In this document: positions 47,643 through 57,006 of the stretch, in pieces | How positions within the stretch are numbered: position 1 is the first letter of the stretch | Layout: each line of letters opens with the position of its first letter | DNA from: Thiotrichales bacterium | GTDB lineage: Bacteria > Pseudomonadota > Gammaproteobacteria > JAABTG01 | DNA length: 64,000 nucleotides | Direction of reading: 5' to 3' | Assembly (NCBI GenBank): GCA_011389995.1 | Contig: JAABTG010000009.1 | Span: forward strand, 13,482 to 77,481 | Position numbers and translations under genes: made by a program | Notes under the pieces: generated by a model | What the model was told of the DNA's origin: nothing | What the model saw: the letters and a program-made list of their open reading frames with translations, nothing else | Database searches by the model: none

Positions 47643-48024
47643 CCACCGCAGAACAGGAGGCTTCACCCTGCTGGAGATCCTGGTGGCCCTCACCATCGTG
47701 GCCCTGGCCCTCGGCGCCGCCATCAGCGGCACGGGCGGCCACGTGGAGAGCACAGACCACCTGCGCAACAAGACCATCGCCCACTGGGTGGCCCTCAACC
47801 GCGTCACCGAACTCCAGGTGGCCGAGCCCTGGCCCGCCCTCGGCGCGAGTTCCGGCTCGGAGGAGATGACCCACCGTGAGTGGCGCTGGACCGCGGACGT
47901 GAAGCAGACCCCGGACGCCGGCGTACGACGCCTGGAGGTGGCGGTGACGCCGGCGGCCTCCCCCGACGCCGTGCTGGCCCGGGTCACCGCCTTCACCACC
48001 GCCCCTGCCGGGGCCACGCCATGA
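47632..48024 (+). CDS. gspI: Type II secretion minor pseudopilin GspI
   Basis: MRADHRRTGGFTLLEILVALTIVALALGAAI. Overlaps the gspH stop. Confidence 0.75.
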   Translation: MRADHRRTGGFTLLEILVALTIVALALGAAISGTGGHVESTDHLRNKTIAHWVALNRVTELQVAEPWPALGASSGSEEMTHREWRWTADVKQTPDAGVRRLEVAVTPAASPDAVLARVTAFTTAPAGATP

Positions 48025-48644
48025 CCTGCCCTGCCGCCAGCCGTCGGCGCCCCCGCGCCCAGGGCGGTTTCACCCTGCTGGAGCTCATCGTGGCCACGGG
48101 GATCTTCGCCCTGCTCTCCCTCATGGCCTTCGGCGGTCTGCGCAGCGTACTGGACACCGAGGCCGCCTCCCGCGACACCGGCACCCGGCTCGCCGATCTC
48201 CAGACCACCCTGTGGTTCATGGGCCGTGACATGAGTCAGATGGCCCCCCGGGACATCCGCGACGCCTTCGGCGATCCCCGGCCCGCCCTGGTGGGCACCT
48301 CCGGCACCCCGGGGGCCCTGGAGTTCACCCACGGCGGCTGGGACAATCCCCTGGGCCAGGCCCGCAGCAACCTGCGCCGGGTGGCCTACCGGGTGCGGGA
48401 CGGCGGCCTGGAACGGCTGACCTGGGCGACCCTCGACCGGGTCCAGGGCAGCGAGCCCGTTACCGAGACACTGCTGGAGGGGGTGGCGGACCTGGCGCTG
48501 CGCTATCTGGACGGGCAACGGGAGTGGGGCCCTGCCTGGCCGCCCGCCGGAGGGGCCGCCCATGCCCTGCCCGTGGCGGTGGAGGTGGTACTGGAGCTCG
48601 AGGACTGGGGCCCGGTGAGGCGCGTGTTCCGGGTGGCGGGCTGA
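48020..48644 (+). CDS. gspJ: Type II secretion minor pseudopilin GspJ
   Basis: MTCPAASRRRPRAQGGFTLLELIVATGIFALLS. Start at the ATG overlapping the gspI stop. Confidence 0.75.
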
Positions 48645-49618
48645 TGGCGGCCAGGCTCCCCCGCCGGCCAACGGTCGTGGTCCGGCCTGCGGCCGGCGTG
48701 GCCCTCATCACGGCCCTGCTGGTGGTGGCCGTGACCACGGTGGCCATGGTGGGCATGACCTCCCGGCTGATGGTGGAACTGCGCCGCACCGAGAACATCC
48801 TCCACGGCGAGCAGGCCGTGGCCCTGCTGTCGGGGGTGGAGGGATGGGCCCACGGGCAACTCGTCGCCGACCTCGAGGAGGGCGGGGCCGTCGACCATCC
48901 CGGCGAGAACTGGGCCCGTCCTCTGCCCCCCACGGAACTGGAGAACGGCTACGCCCAGGGTCGTATCGTGGATCTGCAGGGCCGCTTCAACATCAACACC
49001 CTGGTGGATGACGCCGCCCAGGTGAACGCCGTGGCCCGGCAGCGCTTCGAGCGCCTGCTGGCCTATCTGGACCTGCCGGCGCGCCTGGTCCCCGCCCTGC
49101 TGGACTGGCTGGACAAGGATCAGGCCATCCGCTTTCCGGGGGGGGCCGAGGACGATTACTACAGCCGCCTCACGCCCCCCTACCGCCCCGCCAACCGCCC
49201 GCTGCTGACGGTGTCGGAGTTGCGCCTGGTGGCGGGCTTCGAAGAGGCCATCTACCAGACCCTGCGGCCCCACGTGAGCGCCCTGCCCGGGGTCACCACC
49301 ATCAACGTCAACAGCGCCCCGGTGGCGGTGCTCATGGCCCTCGCCGACGGCCTCGCGGCCACCGACATGGAGGCCCTGGTGAAGGGCCGCCAGGAACAGC
49401 CCTTCGTGGACGTGGAGACCTTTCTGCGCCACCCCGCCCTGGCGGGCACCACGGTGGACGCCGCGGGCCTCGGCGTGACCAGTGACCACTTCGCCGTCCA
49501 CGGCACCGCCACCGTGGGCCGCGCCGAGGCCCGCCTCACCGGCTTTCTGCAGCGCCGGGGCGGGGCCGACCGGGGCGTGCTGATGCGCTACCGCCACTAC
49601 GGCAGCGGCGGGCCGTGA
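48644..49618 (+). CDS. gspK: Type II secretion minor pseudopilin GspK
   Basis: MAARLPRRPTVVVRPAAGVALITALLVVAV. GspK family, ~324 aa. Confidence 0.75.
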   Translation: MAARLPRRPTVVVRPAAGVALITALLVVAVTTVAMVGMTSRLMVELRRTENILHGEQAVALLSGVEGWAHGQLVADLEEGGAVDHPGENWARPLPPTELENGYAQGRIVDLQGRFNINTLVDDAAQVNAVARQRFERLLAYLDLPARLVPALLDWLDKDQAIRFPGGAEDDYYSRLTPPYRPANRPLLTVSELRLVAGFEEAIYQTLRPHVSALPGVTTINVNSAPVAVLMALADGLAATDMEALVKGRQEQPFVDVETFLRHPALAGTTVDAAGLGVTSDHFAVHGTATVGRAEARLTGFLQRRGGADRGVLMRYRHYGSGGP

Positions 49619-50832
49619 GCGACCTCGCCTTCATCCGTCTCGCCGCCCGCGGCGATGATCCCGTGACCTGGTGGCCCGCCGCCGACACCGGGGCCGTGGG
49701 CAGCGGCACCCTCCAGGAGGCCGCCGCCGCCGTCGGACAGCGCGAGGTGGTGGTGCTGGTCCCCACCGAGCAGGTGCTGCTCGCCACCGCCCGGGTACCG
49801 GGCCGCCATCGCGCCCAGCGCGCCCGCGCCGTGCCCTACAGCATGGAGGACGACATGGCCCGCGACGTGGAGGACAGCCACTTCGCCCTGCCGGCCGGCG
49901 GCGGCCCCAGCCCCCTGCCCGTCTGCGTGGCCGACCGCGAGCGCATGGACGACTGGACGTCGGCCCTGCAGGAGGCCGGCCTGCGCCCCGCCGCCCTGGT
50001 GCCCGACGCCCTCGTACTGCCCCTCGTCGAAGATTCGTGGACGGTGGCCCGCGTCAACGGCCACGCCCTGGTGCGCACCGCCGTCAACGCCGGTTTCATG
50101 GCCGACGAGGACAACCTGCCCACCCTCCTCGCCCTGGCCCTGGAGGCGCACGACGGCCGGCCCCCGGCACGTCTCATGGTACTGGCGGACGACGAGCCCG
50201 CCGCGGCCGGGGCCCTCGCCGGGGCCGCGGCGGGCCTGGAGATCACGGTGGACGAGCCGCCGCGCCCCCTGCTGGCGCGGGCGGCGGCGGGCTACGACCG
50301 GCGCACCACCCTCAACCTGTTGCAGGGTGAATACGCCCCGGGCGGCGAAGACGGCGAACGCTGGCGGCCATGGCTGGTGGTGGCCGCCCTCGCCGTGCTG
50401 TGGCTCGCCATGGAAGGGGCCATCCAGGTGGCGGACTTCTCCCGCCTCAAGCAGCAGGAGGCCCGCCTCGATGCCGGCATCGAGGCCACCTTCCGGGACG
50501 CCCTGCCCGGCGTGACGCGCATGGTCAATCCGCGGGTCCAGATGGAGCGCCGACTGGCGTTCCTGGAAGGCCGGGAGAGCGGCGCCACGGGCCTGCTGCC
50601 TTTGCTCCACGCGGCCGGTGGCGTGCTCCGGGACGAGGCCGATATCAAGCTGACGGCCCTCAGTTACCGCGGTGACGCCCTCTACCTCGATCTGCAGTTG
50701 CCCAACCTTCAACGCCTGGACCGGTTGAAATCATCCCTCGCCGAGGACGGCCGCGCCGTGGAAATCCAGAACGCCTCGTCCGAGGGCGGCCGCGTGCGCG
50801 CCCGCATCCTGGTGCGGGAGGGCGCCCCATGA
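49615..50832 (+). CDS. gspL: Type II secretion inner-membrane protein GspL
   Basis: 405 aa; cytoplasmic actin-like domain, one TM helix and a periplasmic domain. Position between gspK and gspM. Confidence 0.75.
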   Translation: MSDLAFIRLAARGDDPVTWWPAADTGAVGSGTLQEAAAAVGQREVVVLVPTEQVLLATARVPGRHRAQRARAVPYSMEDDMARDVEDSHFALPAGGGPSPLPVCVADRERMDDWTSALQEAGLRPAALVPDALVLPLVEDSWTVARVNGHALVRTAVNAGFMADEDNLPTLLALALEAHDGRPPARLMVLADDEPAAAGALAGAAAGLEITVDEPPRPLLARAAAGYDRRTTLNLLQGEYAPGGEDGERWRPWLVVAALAVLWLAMEGAIQVADFSRLKQQEARLDAGIEATFRDALPGVTRMVNPRVQMERRLAFLEGRESGATGLLPLLHAAGGVLRDEADIKLTALSYRGDALYLDLQLPNLQRLDRLKSSLAEDGRAVEIQNASSEGGRVRARILVREGAP

Positions 50833-51347
50833 GGGCCTGGTTCGACAGCCTCGCGCCCCGGGAGCGCCGCGTGGTCGTGGCCGGCGGCACCGTGTTGGTG
50901 GTGGTACTGCTGTGGGCCCTGGTGTGGGCGCCCTTCCGGGACCGCTACCTGGCCCTGCAGGACGCGGTGGCCGGCAAGCAGGAACTCGCGACCTGGATGA
51001 GCCGCACGGCGGCCCGCATCCAGGCCCTGGAGGGCGACCGCGCCCCGGCGCCCGCGGGGGACGGCAACCGCTCCCTCCTCGCCACCGTGGACCAGACCTC
51101 CAGGCAGTCCGGCCTCGGCCCCCACATCAAGCGCATCGAGCCCGACGGCCAGGGCGCGGTGCGGCTGTGGCTGGAGGAGGCCCCCTTCGATCCCATGGTG
51201 CGCTGGCTGGTGGCCCTCGCCGAGGGCCACGGCATCCACGCCCGTCAGGCGGGGGTGGATGCCCGGGACGCCGCAGGCCGGGTGAACGCCCGCCTGACCC
51301 TGGAGCGGGATGCCGCCGCCGGCAGCGACGGAGGCCTCACGCCATGA
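50829..51347 (+). CDS. gspM: Type II secretion protein GspM
   Basis: 172 aa; N-terminal TM (VVVAGGTVLVVVLLWALVW), bitopic like GspM. Confidence 0.7.
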   Translation: MRAWFDSLAPRERRVVVAGGTVLVVVLLWALVWAPFRDRYLALQDAVAGKQELATWMSRTAARIQALEGDRAPAPAGDGNRSLLATVDQTSRQSGLGPHIKRIEPDGQGAVRLWLEEAPFDPMVRWLVALAEGHGIHARQAGVDARDAAGRVNARLTLERDAAAGSDGGLTP

Positions 51348-51910
51348 AGGCCGGCGGCGCACGCCTGGCGGTGGTGGCGACGAGCCTGCTGTTGCTGGTG
51401 GTCATGGGCTGGCGCGGCTGGAGCGGCTACCGGCAGCTCTCCCAGCCACCGCCGGCCCTGCCCGCAACCACCCTGGCGGTGGACCCCGCCGCCCCGGGCC
51501 GCCCCGAACGGCGGCTGGCGGACCTGGCCCACTGGCACCTGTTCGGTAACGCCGCGGGACCCGCCGCGCCGGCGCCACAACCCCGGCCGGTGGATGCCCC
51601 GGCCACCCGCCTGGACCTCAAACTGGTGGGGGTACTGGCCTCCGACGACCGCGGCGACGCGCGGGCCATCATCGGCGCCCCCGGGGTACCGGATCGCCAC
51701 TACCGCCTCGGTGACACCGTCCCCGCCGGCGCCGAACTGGCCGCCATCCGCCGGGACCATGTGCTGCTCAAGCGCAACGGCCGCTTCGAGACCCTGGCCC
51801 TGGCCCGTGAAGACAATGCCGCCACCGACACCAACGTCTCCCGGGCCCCGGCCCTGGCGAGGCCGGCCCCCGGCCGCTCCGCCCGCGCCCCTGTAGTTCC
51901 CGATGACTGA
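51344..51910 (+). CDS. gspC: Type II secretion protein GspC (XpsN-like)
   Basis: Start MKAGGARLAVVATSLLLLVV (TM helix). The C-terminal secretin-interacting HR-like region is present (LKLVGVLASDDRGDARAIIGAPGVPDRHYRLGDTVPAGAELAAIRRDHVLLKRNGRFETL). It lies immediately upstream of gspD, as Xanthomonas XpsN does. Confidence 0.65.
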   Translation: MKAGGARLAVVATSLLLLVVMGWRGWSGYRQLSQPPPALPATTLAVDPAAPGRPERRLADLAHWHLFGNAAGPAAPAPQPRPVDAPATRLDLKLVGVLASDDRGDARAIIGAPGVPDRHYRLGDTVPAGAELAAIRRDHVLLKRNGRFETLALAREDNAATDTNVSRAPALARPAPGRSARAPVVPDD

Positions 51911-53915
51911 TGCCACCCTGCCCGAAGGCCCAACCACCATGCGTAATATGAAGCCCGCCCTCCCCGCCCTGTTCCTGCTCCTGCTGCTGTACGCCGGCAC
52001 GGCGTTGCTGGCCCCCGCGGCGCGGGCGGAACCCGTCACCCTCAACCTGGAGGAGGCGGAGATCGGCACCCTCATCGCCACGGTATCCGAGGTCACGGGA
52101 CGCAACTTCGTCGTCGACCCGCGGGTGAAGGGCAAGGTCAGCGTGGTCTCCTCCATGGCCATGGAGAAGGAGGAGCTCTACCAGGTATTCCTGTCCATCC
52201 TCGAGGTCCACGGCTTCGCCGCCGTACCCTCGGGCAACGTCGTCAAGATCGTGCCGGACGCCAACGCCAAGCACATCGACACCCCGCTGGCCAGCGATAG
52301 GGCACCCGGGGTCGGCGACGAGATCGTGACCCGGGTGGTGCAGGTGGAGAACGTCTCCGCCTCCCAGCTGGTACCCATCCTGCGGCCCCTGGTGCCCCAG
52401 CAGGGCCACCTCGCCGCCTATCCGGCCACCAACGTCCTGGTGGTATCGGACCGCGCCGGCAACATCGAGCGGCTGGTGAAGATCATCACCCGCATCGATC
52501 AGAAGACCGACGCCGAGATCGAGGTCATCAACCTGCAGCATGCGACGGCCGCCGAGGTGGTGCGGGTGATCACCGCCCTGCAGCGGCCCGCCCAGGGCCA
52601 GGCCGCGGTGGAAGGCGGCCAGGGCCTGCCCAGCCTGGTGGCCGACGAGCGCACCAACAGCATCCTCATGAGCGGCGACCAGCTGGCCCGCCTGCGCGTC
52701 CGCGCCCTCATCACCCACCTGGACACCCCCCTGGAGTCCACCGGCAACACCCACGTGGTCTATCTGCGCTATGCCCGGGCGGCCGAGCTCGCCGACGTCC
52801 TCACGGACATCAGCAGCGACATCCAGCAGGATGAAGGGGCCGGCAACGCCGCCGGCGGCGCCAACAACCAGCGCGGCAACGACATAGGTATCCGTGCCGA
52901 CGAGGCCTCCAACGCCCTGGTGATCACGGCTCCGCCCGAGGCCTACGCCTCCCTGCGCCAGGTCATCTCCCAGCTGGATATCCGCCGCGCCCAGGTACTG
53001 GTGGAGGCCATCATCGCCGAGGTGCGAAGCGAGAATGCGGCCGAAATGGGGGTGCAGCTTCGCGACCTGGTGGGCGGCAGCGACGGCAGTTTCGTCATCA
53101 GCAATCCCCAGGGCCCCAACAGCCCCTTCGTCGGTGCCGATGGCGCCTCCACCCTCTCCGGCCTGACCCTGGGCCTGGTACGCAACGGCGACATCCGCGG
53201 CCTGTTGCGGGCCCTCGCCACCTCATCGGACACCAATCTCATCGCCACTCCCACCCTCCTCACCCTGGACAACGAGGAGGCCGCCATCGTGGTGGGCCAG
53301 AACGTGCCCTTCCTCACCGGCAGCTTCACCAACGACTCCACCACACCGGACAATCCCTTCCAGACCATCGAGCGCCGGGACGTGGGGCTGGAACTCACCG
53401 TCACCCCCCAGATCAACGAAGGCGACGCCATGTCCCTGGTGATCTCCCAGGAGGTCTCCAGCATCGACGACAGCGCCCAGGCGGTGGACCTCATCACCAC
53501 CACCCGCTCCATCAACACCACCGTACTGGTGGACGACGGCGAGATAGTGGTACTGGGAGGACTCATCCGCGACGACTTTCAGACCACGGAACAGAAGGTG
53601 CCTGTGCTCGGGGACCTGCCGGTGCTGGGCAACCTGTTTCGCAGCACCAGCAGCGACAGCACCAAGAACAACCTGATGGTGTTCATCAAGCCCACCATCG
53701 TCCGTAACCGCGCGGATATCGCCCACATCACCAGCAGCAAGTACAACTTCCTGCGGGCCAAGCAGCTGGAGCAGCCGAAATCCCGGGTGCTGTTCGAGCC
53801 GGCCATGCAGGTGCCATTGCTGGCCCCCTTCGAAGAGGCACCGAAGCCCCCTGGACGACAGGAGAACCCCCCTGCCCCCGAGGAAGAGCCCAGGGCCCTC
53901 TTCGAGTACGACTGA
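51903..53915 (+). CDS. gspD: Type II secretion secretin GspD
   Basis: 670 aa; signal peptide, N0-N3 domains, and a secretin C-domain (VVLGGLIRDDFQTTEQKVPVLGDLPVLGNLFRS). Confidence 0.9.
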   Translation: MTDATLPEGPTTMRNMKPALPALFLLLLLYAGTALLAPAARAEPVTLNLEEAEIGTLIATVSEVTGRNFVVDPRVKGKVSVVSSMAMEKEELYQVFLSILEVHGFAAVPSGNVVKIVPDANAKHIDTPLASDRAPGVGDEIVTRVVQVENVSASQLVPILRPLVPQQGHLAAYPATNVLVVSDRAGNIERLVKIITRIDQKTDAEIEVINLQHATAAEVVRVITALQRPAQGQAAVEGGQGLPSLVADERTNSILMSGDQLARLRVRALITHLDTPLESTGNTHVVYLRYARAAELADVLTDISSDIQQDEGAGNAAGGANNQRGNDIGIRADEASNALVITAPPEAYASLRQVISQLDIRRAQVLVEAIIAEVRSENAAEMGVQLRDLVGGSDGSFVISNPQGPNSPFVGADGASTLSGLTLGLVRNGDIRGLLRALATSSDTNLIATPTLLTLDNEEAAIVVGQNVPFLTGSFTNDSTTPDNPFQTIERRDVGLELTVTPQINEGDAMSLVISQEVSSIDDSAQAVDLITTTRSINTTVLVDDGEIVVLGGLIRDDFQTTEQKVPVLGDLPVLGNLFRSTSSDSTKNNLMVFIKPTIVRNRADIAHITSSKYNFLRAKQLEQPKSRVLFEPAMQVPLLAPFEEAPKPPGRQENPPAPEEEPRALFEYD

Positions 53916-54004
53916 GGCCGCGCCGCTGCGCCACCCTCGGGGCGGCCCGTCAAGCCGCCGCCCGACGGGCCGCTATGTAGGGTACCCGCCCCACCGGTAC
54001 CCTC

Positions 54005-56353
54005 ATGGCCGCCAAGCCCTCCACCCGCCCCCGCCCCCATCCCACCCGTATCGGTCGCTACGTGGTGGGAGGGATCCTGGGCCGCGGTGCCCAGGGGGTG
54101 GTCTACCTGGCCACGGATCCGGAACTCGACCGGGAGGTGGCCATCAAGACCCTGACCCGCCGCACCCGGGATGCCGCCACCCTCCTCAAGGAGGCCCAGC
54201 TGGTGGGACGCATGAAACACCCCGGCATCGTGCCGGTATACGACGCCGGGCGCCTGGGGGACGTGCCCTACGTGGTCTACGAGCGGGTCAGGGGGCGCAC
54301 CCTGGACCAGGTGCTCGCGGAGGAGCCCCGCCTGCCCCTGCCCCGCATCGTGGCCTGGATGACGCAGATCCTGGACGCCCTGGAATACGCCCATGGCCAG
54401 CAGGTGGTGCATCGCGACATCAAACCCGCCAACGTGGTGATTCAGGACGACGACTCCCCGCGGGTGCTGGATTTCGGCATCGCGCTCCCCAGCGGTACCG
54501 AGACCCGGGTCATGGAGGGCCTGTGGGGCACCTTCCAGTACCTGGCACCGGAGATGGTGGACAAGGGGCGGGCCACGGCGGCCACGGACATCTTCTCCCT
54601 GGGGCTCATCCTGTTCGAAATGCTCACCGGCCGGCGCGCCATCGCCGAAGACGACCCCATGGCGGCCATGTACCACATCGCCCATCGGCCGGTACCCCCG
54701 CCGTCATCCATCCGTCCCGAGGTGGCCCCCGGCCTCGACGGCATCGTGTCCCGGGCCCTGCAGAAGCGGCCCGACGCCCGTTACTCCGATGCCGGCGAGA
54801 TGCGGGACGCCCTGGCGGTATTCGCCGAACCCGAGGTGCACGAGCATGAGCCACGCCGCCAGTCGACCCTGAATTTCCTGTTGCGGCGCATGCGCCAGAA
54901 GCCGGATTTTCCCGCCATCGGGCGCCACATCTCGGAGATCAGCCAGAAGACCGCCGCCATCGATCGCGCATCGGTGGACGAGCTCACCAACCTGATCCTG
55001 GAAGACTATGCCCTCACCACCAAGCTGCTGCGGCTGGTGAACTCCTCCTACTACGGCCAGTACGGTGGTTCCATCAGCACCGTATCCCGGGCGGTGGTGA
55101 TCCTCGGCTTCAACCAGGTGCGCATGGCGGCCCTGAGCCTGCTGCTGTTCGAGCACATCGCCGACAAGCCCAACGTGCCGGTGCTCAAGGAGGTGGGCGG
55201 ACGGGCCTTCTTCAGCGGCCTCATCAGCCGCCGCCTGGCCGCCGACATGGCCCACGCCGACGCCGAACAGGGCTTCGTGAGCGCCATGTTCCACACCCTG
55301 GGACGCTATCTGTCGGCCTATTATTTTCCCGACGAGGACGAGGAGATCGGCCGTCTCATGGACAACCAGGGCCTGTCCGAGGAGGCCGCCGCCGTGGCAG
55401 TGCTCGGCCTCACCTTCGAGGCCCTGGGCATCGGCGTGGGCAGGGAGTGGCATCTGCCCTCCGAACTCCTGGAAGGCATGCGCACCCTGGGTGTCGACGA
55501 GATGCCGCGGCGTCCCGCCAACCCCCGGCAGGCCATGCGCCTGCTGTCCTGTTTCGCCAACGAGGTGGCCATGGCCATGGGCGGCGACGACCCCGGCGCA
55601 TGCCACGAACGCCTGTCACAGCTGGAGCAGCGTTACGGTCAGGCGGTGCGGCTGGCGCCGGACCGCATGCAACAGGTGATCGCCGAGGGCGTGGAGGATA
55701 TCCAGCGCTTCTCCCGCGCCGCCGCCATCGACCTCGGCGACAATGCCATCCTGCGCAACGCCCGCCGCCTGGGGCGGCAGGAGGAGGACTCGGAGGACGA
55801 GGACCCTCGGGAAGGTGCCGCCGTGGAGGACAGCGGCCAAAACGACGCACCATCGACCCAGACCACGCTGCTGAGCGGCATTCAGGACATCAGCCAGGCC
55901 CTGGTGGACAACTACGGCATCAACGACATTCTCATCATGATCCTCGAGACCCTGTTCCGGGGTCTCGGCTTCACGCGGGTGGTGCTGTTCATCAACAACT
56001 CCCGGCAGGCCGAGATGAACGCCCGCTTCGGCCTCGGTCGCGACATCGACAAGCTGCTGCCCCGCCTCAAGTTCTCCACCACCAGGGCCCAGGACATATT
56101 CGGCCGGGCGGTGCGCGAACACGAGGACATCATCCAGGTCCAGGGGCCCCGGGGGGGAGACATACCGGCCTGGCACCGCGACCTGCTCTCTCCCAGCACC
56201 TTCGCCCTCTACCCGGTAATCATCGGCAACAAGTGCCTCGGCCTCATCTACGCCGATCGCGACGAACGCAACCGCCCCATCACCGAAGCCGAGCGCAATT
56301 ACCTCAACACCCTGCGCAACCAGGCGGCCCTGGCGATTCGGCAAAGATCATAG
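54005..56353 (+). CDS. Hanks-type Ser/Thr protein kinase fused to HDOD and C-terminal GAF domains
   Basis: N-terminus has GxGxxG (ILGRGAQGVVY), catalytic HRDIKPANV, DFGIA and APE. The middle has the HDOD signature (LRLVNSSYYGQYGGSISTVSRAVVILGFNQVR). The C-terminal ~180 aa are GAF-like. Confidence 0.8.
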   Translation: MAAKPSTRPRPHPTRIGRYVVGGILGRGAQGVVYLATDPELDREVAIKTLTRRTRDAATLLKEAQLVGRMKHPGIVPVYDAGRLGDVPYVVYERVRGRTLDQVLAEEPRLPLPRIVAWMTQILDALEYAHGQQVVHRDIKPANVVIQDDDSPRVLDFGIALPSGTETRVMEGLWGTFQYLAPEMVDKGRATAATDIFSLGLILFEMLTGRRAIAEDDPMAAMYHIAHRPVPPPSSIRPEVAPGLDGIVSRALQKRPDARYSDAGEMRDALAVFAEPEVHEHEPRRQSTLNFLLRRMRQKPDFPAIGRHISEISQKTAAIDRASVDELTNLILEDYALTTKLLRLVNSSYYGQYGGSISTVSRAVVILGFNQVRMAALSLLLFEHIADKPNVPVLKEVGGRAFFSGLISRRLAADMAHADAEQGFVSAMFHTLGRYLSAYYFPDEDEEIGRLMDNQGLSEEAAAVAVLGLTFEALGIGVGREWHLPSELLEGMRTLGVDEMPRRPANPRQAMRLLSCFANEVAMAMGGDDPGACHERLSQLEQRYGQAVRLAPDRMQQVIAEGVEDIQRFSRAAAIDLGDNAILRNARRLGRQEEDSEDEDPREGAAVEDSGQNDAPSTQTTLLSGIQDISQALVDNYGINDILIMILETLFRGLGFTRVVLFINNSRQAEMNARFGLGRDIDKLLPRLKFSTTRAQDIFGRAVREHEDIIQVQGPRGGDIPAWHRDLLSPSTFALYPVIIGNKCLGLIYADRDERNRPITEAERNYLNTLRNQAALAIRQRS

Positions 56354-56385
56354 TTCGAGCCGAAGATGGGCCAGTATTGTTCAAT

Positions 56386-56449
56386 GCCGAGATGGGCCAT
56401 CCATGGCCCACTTCGGCGCGGCAGGGGAAAACGCGGTTTTCCCCTGCCT
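56386..56449 (+). repeat. 64-bp direct repeat, copy A, with a perfect 12-bp-stem hairpin (GCAGGGGAAAAC-GCG-GTTTTCCCCTGC)
   Basis: gccgagatgggccatccatggcccacttcggcgcggcaggggaaaacgcggttttcccctgcct. Repeated 160 bp downstream with 1 mismatch. Confidence 0.85.
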
Positions 56450-56545
56450 ACATGGGTCGCGCCGGGCGCGCCCCATGGCGAGGCTCCTGCCTCGCGGGGA
56501 CTTCCGGCTTCGCAGCTCTATGCCGGGATGGGGCGGATCGTTCAA

Positions 56546-56630
56546 GCCGGGATGGGCCATCCATGGCCCACTTCGGCGCGGCAGGGGAAAACGCGGTTTT
56601 CCCCTGCCTCGCGGGGGCTTCCGGCCAAAG
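56546..56630 (+). repeat. 64-bp direct repeat, copy B, plus the shared tail ctcgcgggg(a/g)cttccgg
   Basis: Identical to copy A apart from g/a at position 5. Copy A carries an extra 38-bp GC-palindromic insert before the shared tail. Confidence 0.85.
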
Positions 56631-56704
56631 CTCATGCGGCTAGGGCGCGTAGCCGAGCGGGGGTCGGGAGTCGGGGGTGGACCAGCACTAAGGGCATCAC
56701 AATT

Positions 56705-56751
56705 AAAAATTCAAAATTCAAAATTCAAAATTGAAACCGCATAGCGGTTTC
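56705..56751. repeat. Heptanucleotide tandem array (AAAATTC)x~4 followed by an 8-bp-stem hairpin (gaaaccgc-ata-gcggtttc)
   Basis: Direct read: aaaaattcaaaattcaaaattcaaaattgaaaccgcatagcggtttc. AT-rich island ~260 bp upstream of fdhD. Confidence 0.8.
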
Positions 56752-57006
56752 CTGCCGTGGTGAGGACCAAGGATGTGGAAAATTGTGCCAAGAGTGCTCA
56801 CATTCCTAGCCATATTGTCCTATCCATGAGGAATGCAGGGACAAAATGCGGCAATCTCCGGTGGTTTTGCCGACGACGACGGGGCTTTGCGCCCCGTAAC
56901 CGCGGTCCCCGGGGCGCTGCCGGCCCGATGGGAATGGTTCTTGCTTGGACTTTGGGAGGCCGCCGCGGCAGGCGGCCATCGGCTTACCCAGGAGTACCCC
57001 AGCCCC

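Noticed and set aside
56386-56630. Possible CRISPR array, given direct repeats with a GC hairpin
   Set aside because: There are only two copies. The repeat is 64 bp with a 160-bp period, the unit is partly shared with the spacer tail, and no cas genes or leader are present. It is a tandem duplication, not CRISPR.
56366-56744. ORFs 56366..56734, 56381..56635 and 56403..56744 (122, 84 and 113 aa) as genes
   Set aside because: They are generated by reading through the two copies of the 64-bp repeat and its hairpins in different frames. Repeated peptide strings mirror the DNA repeat, with no coding signal.
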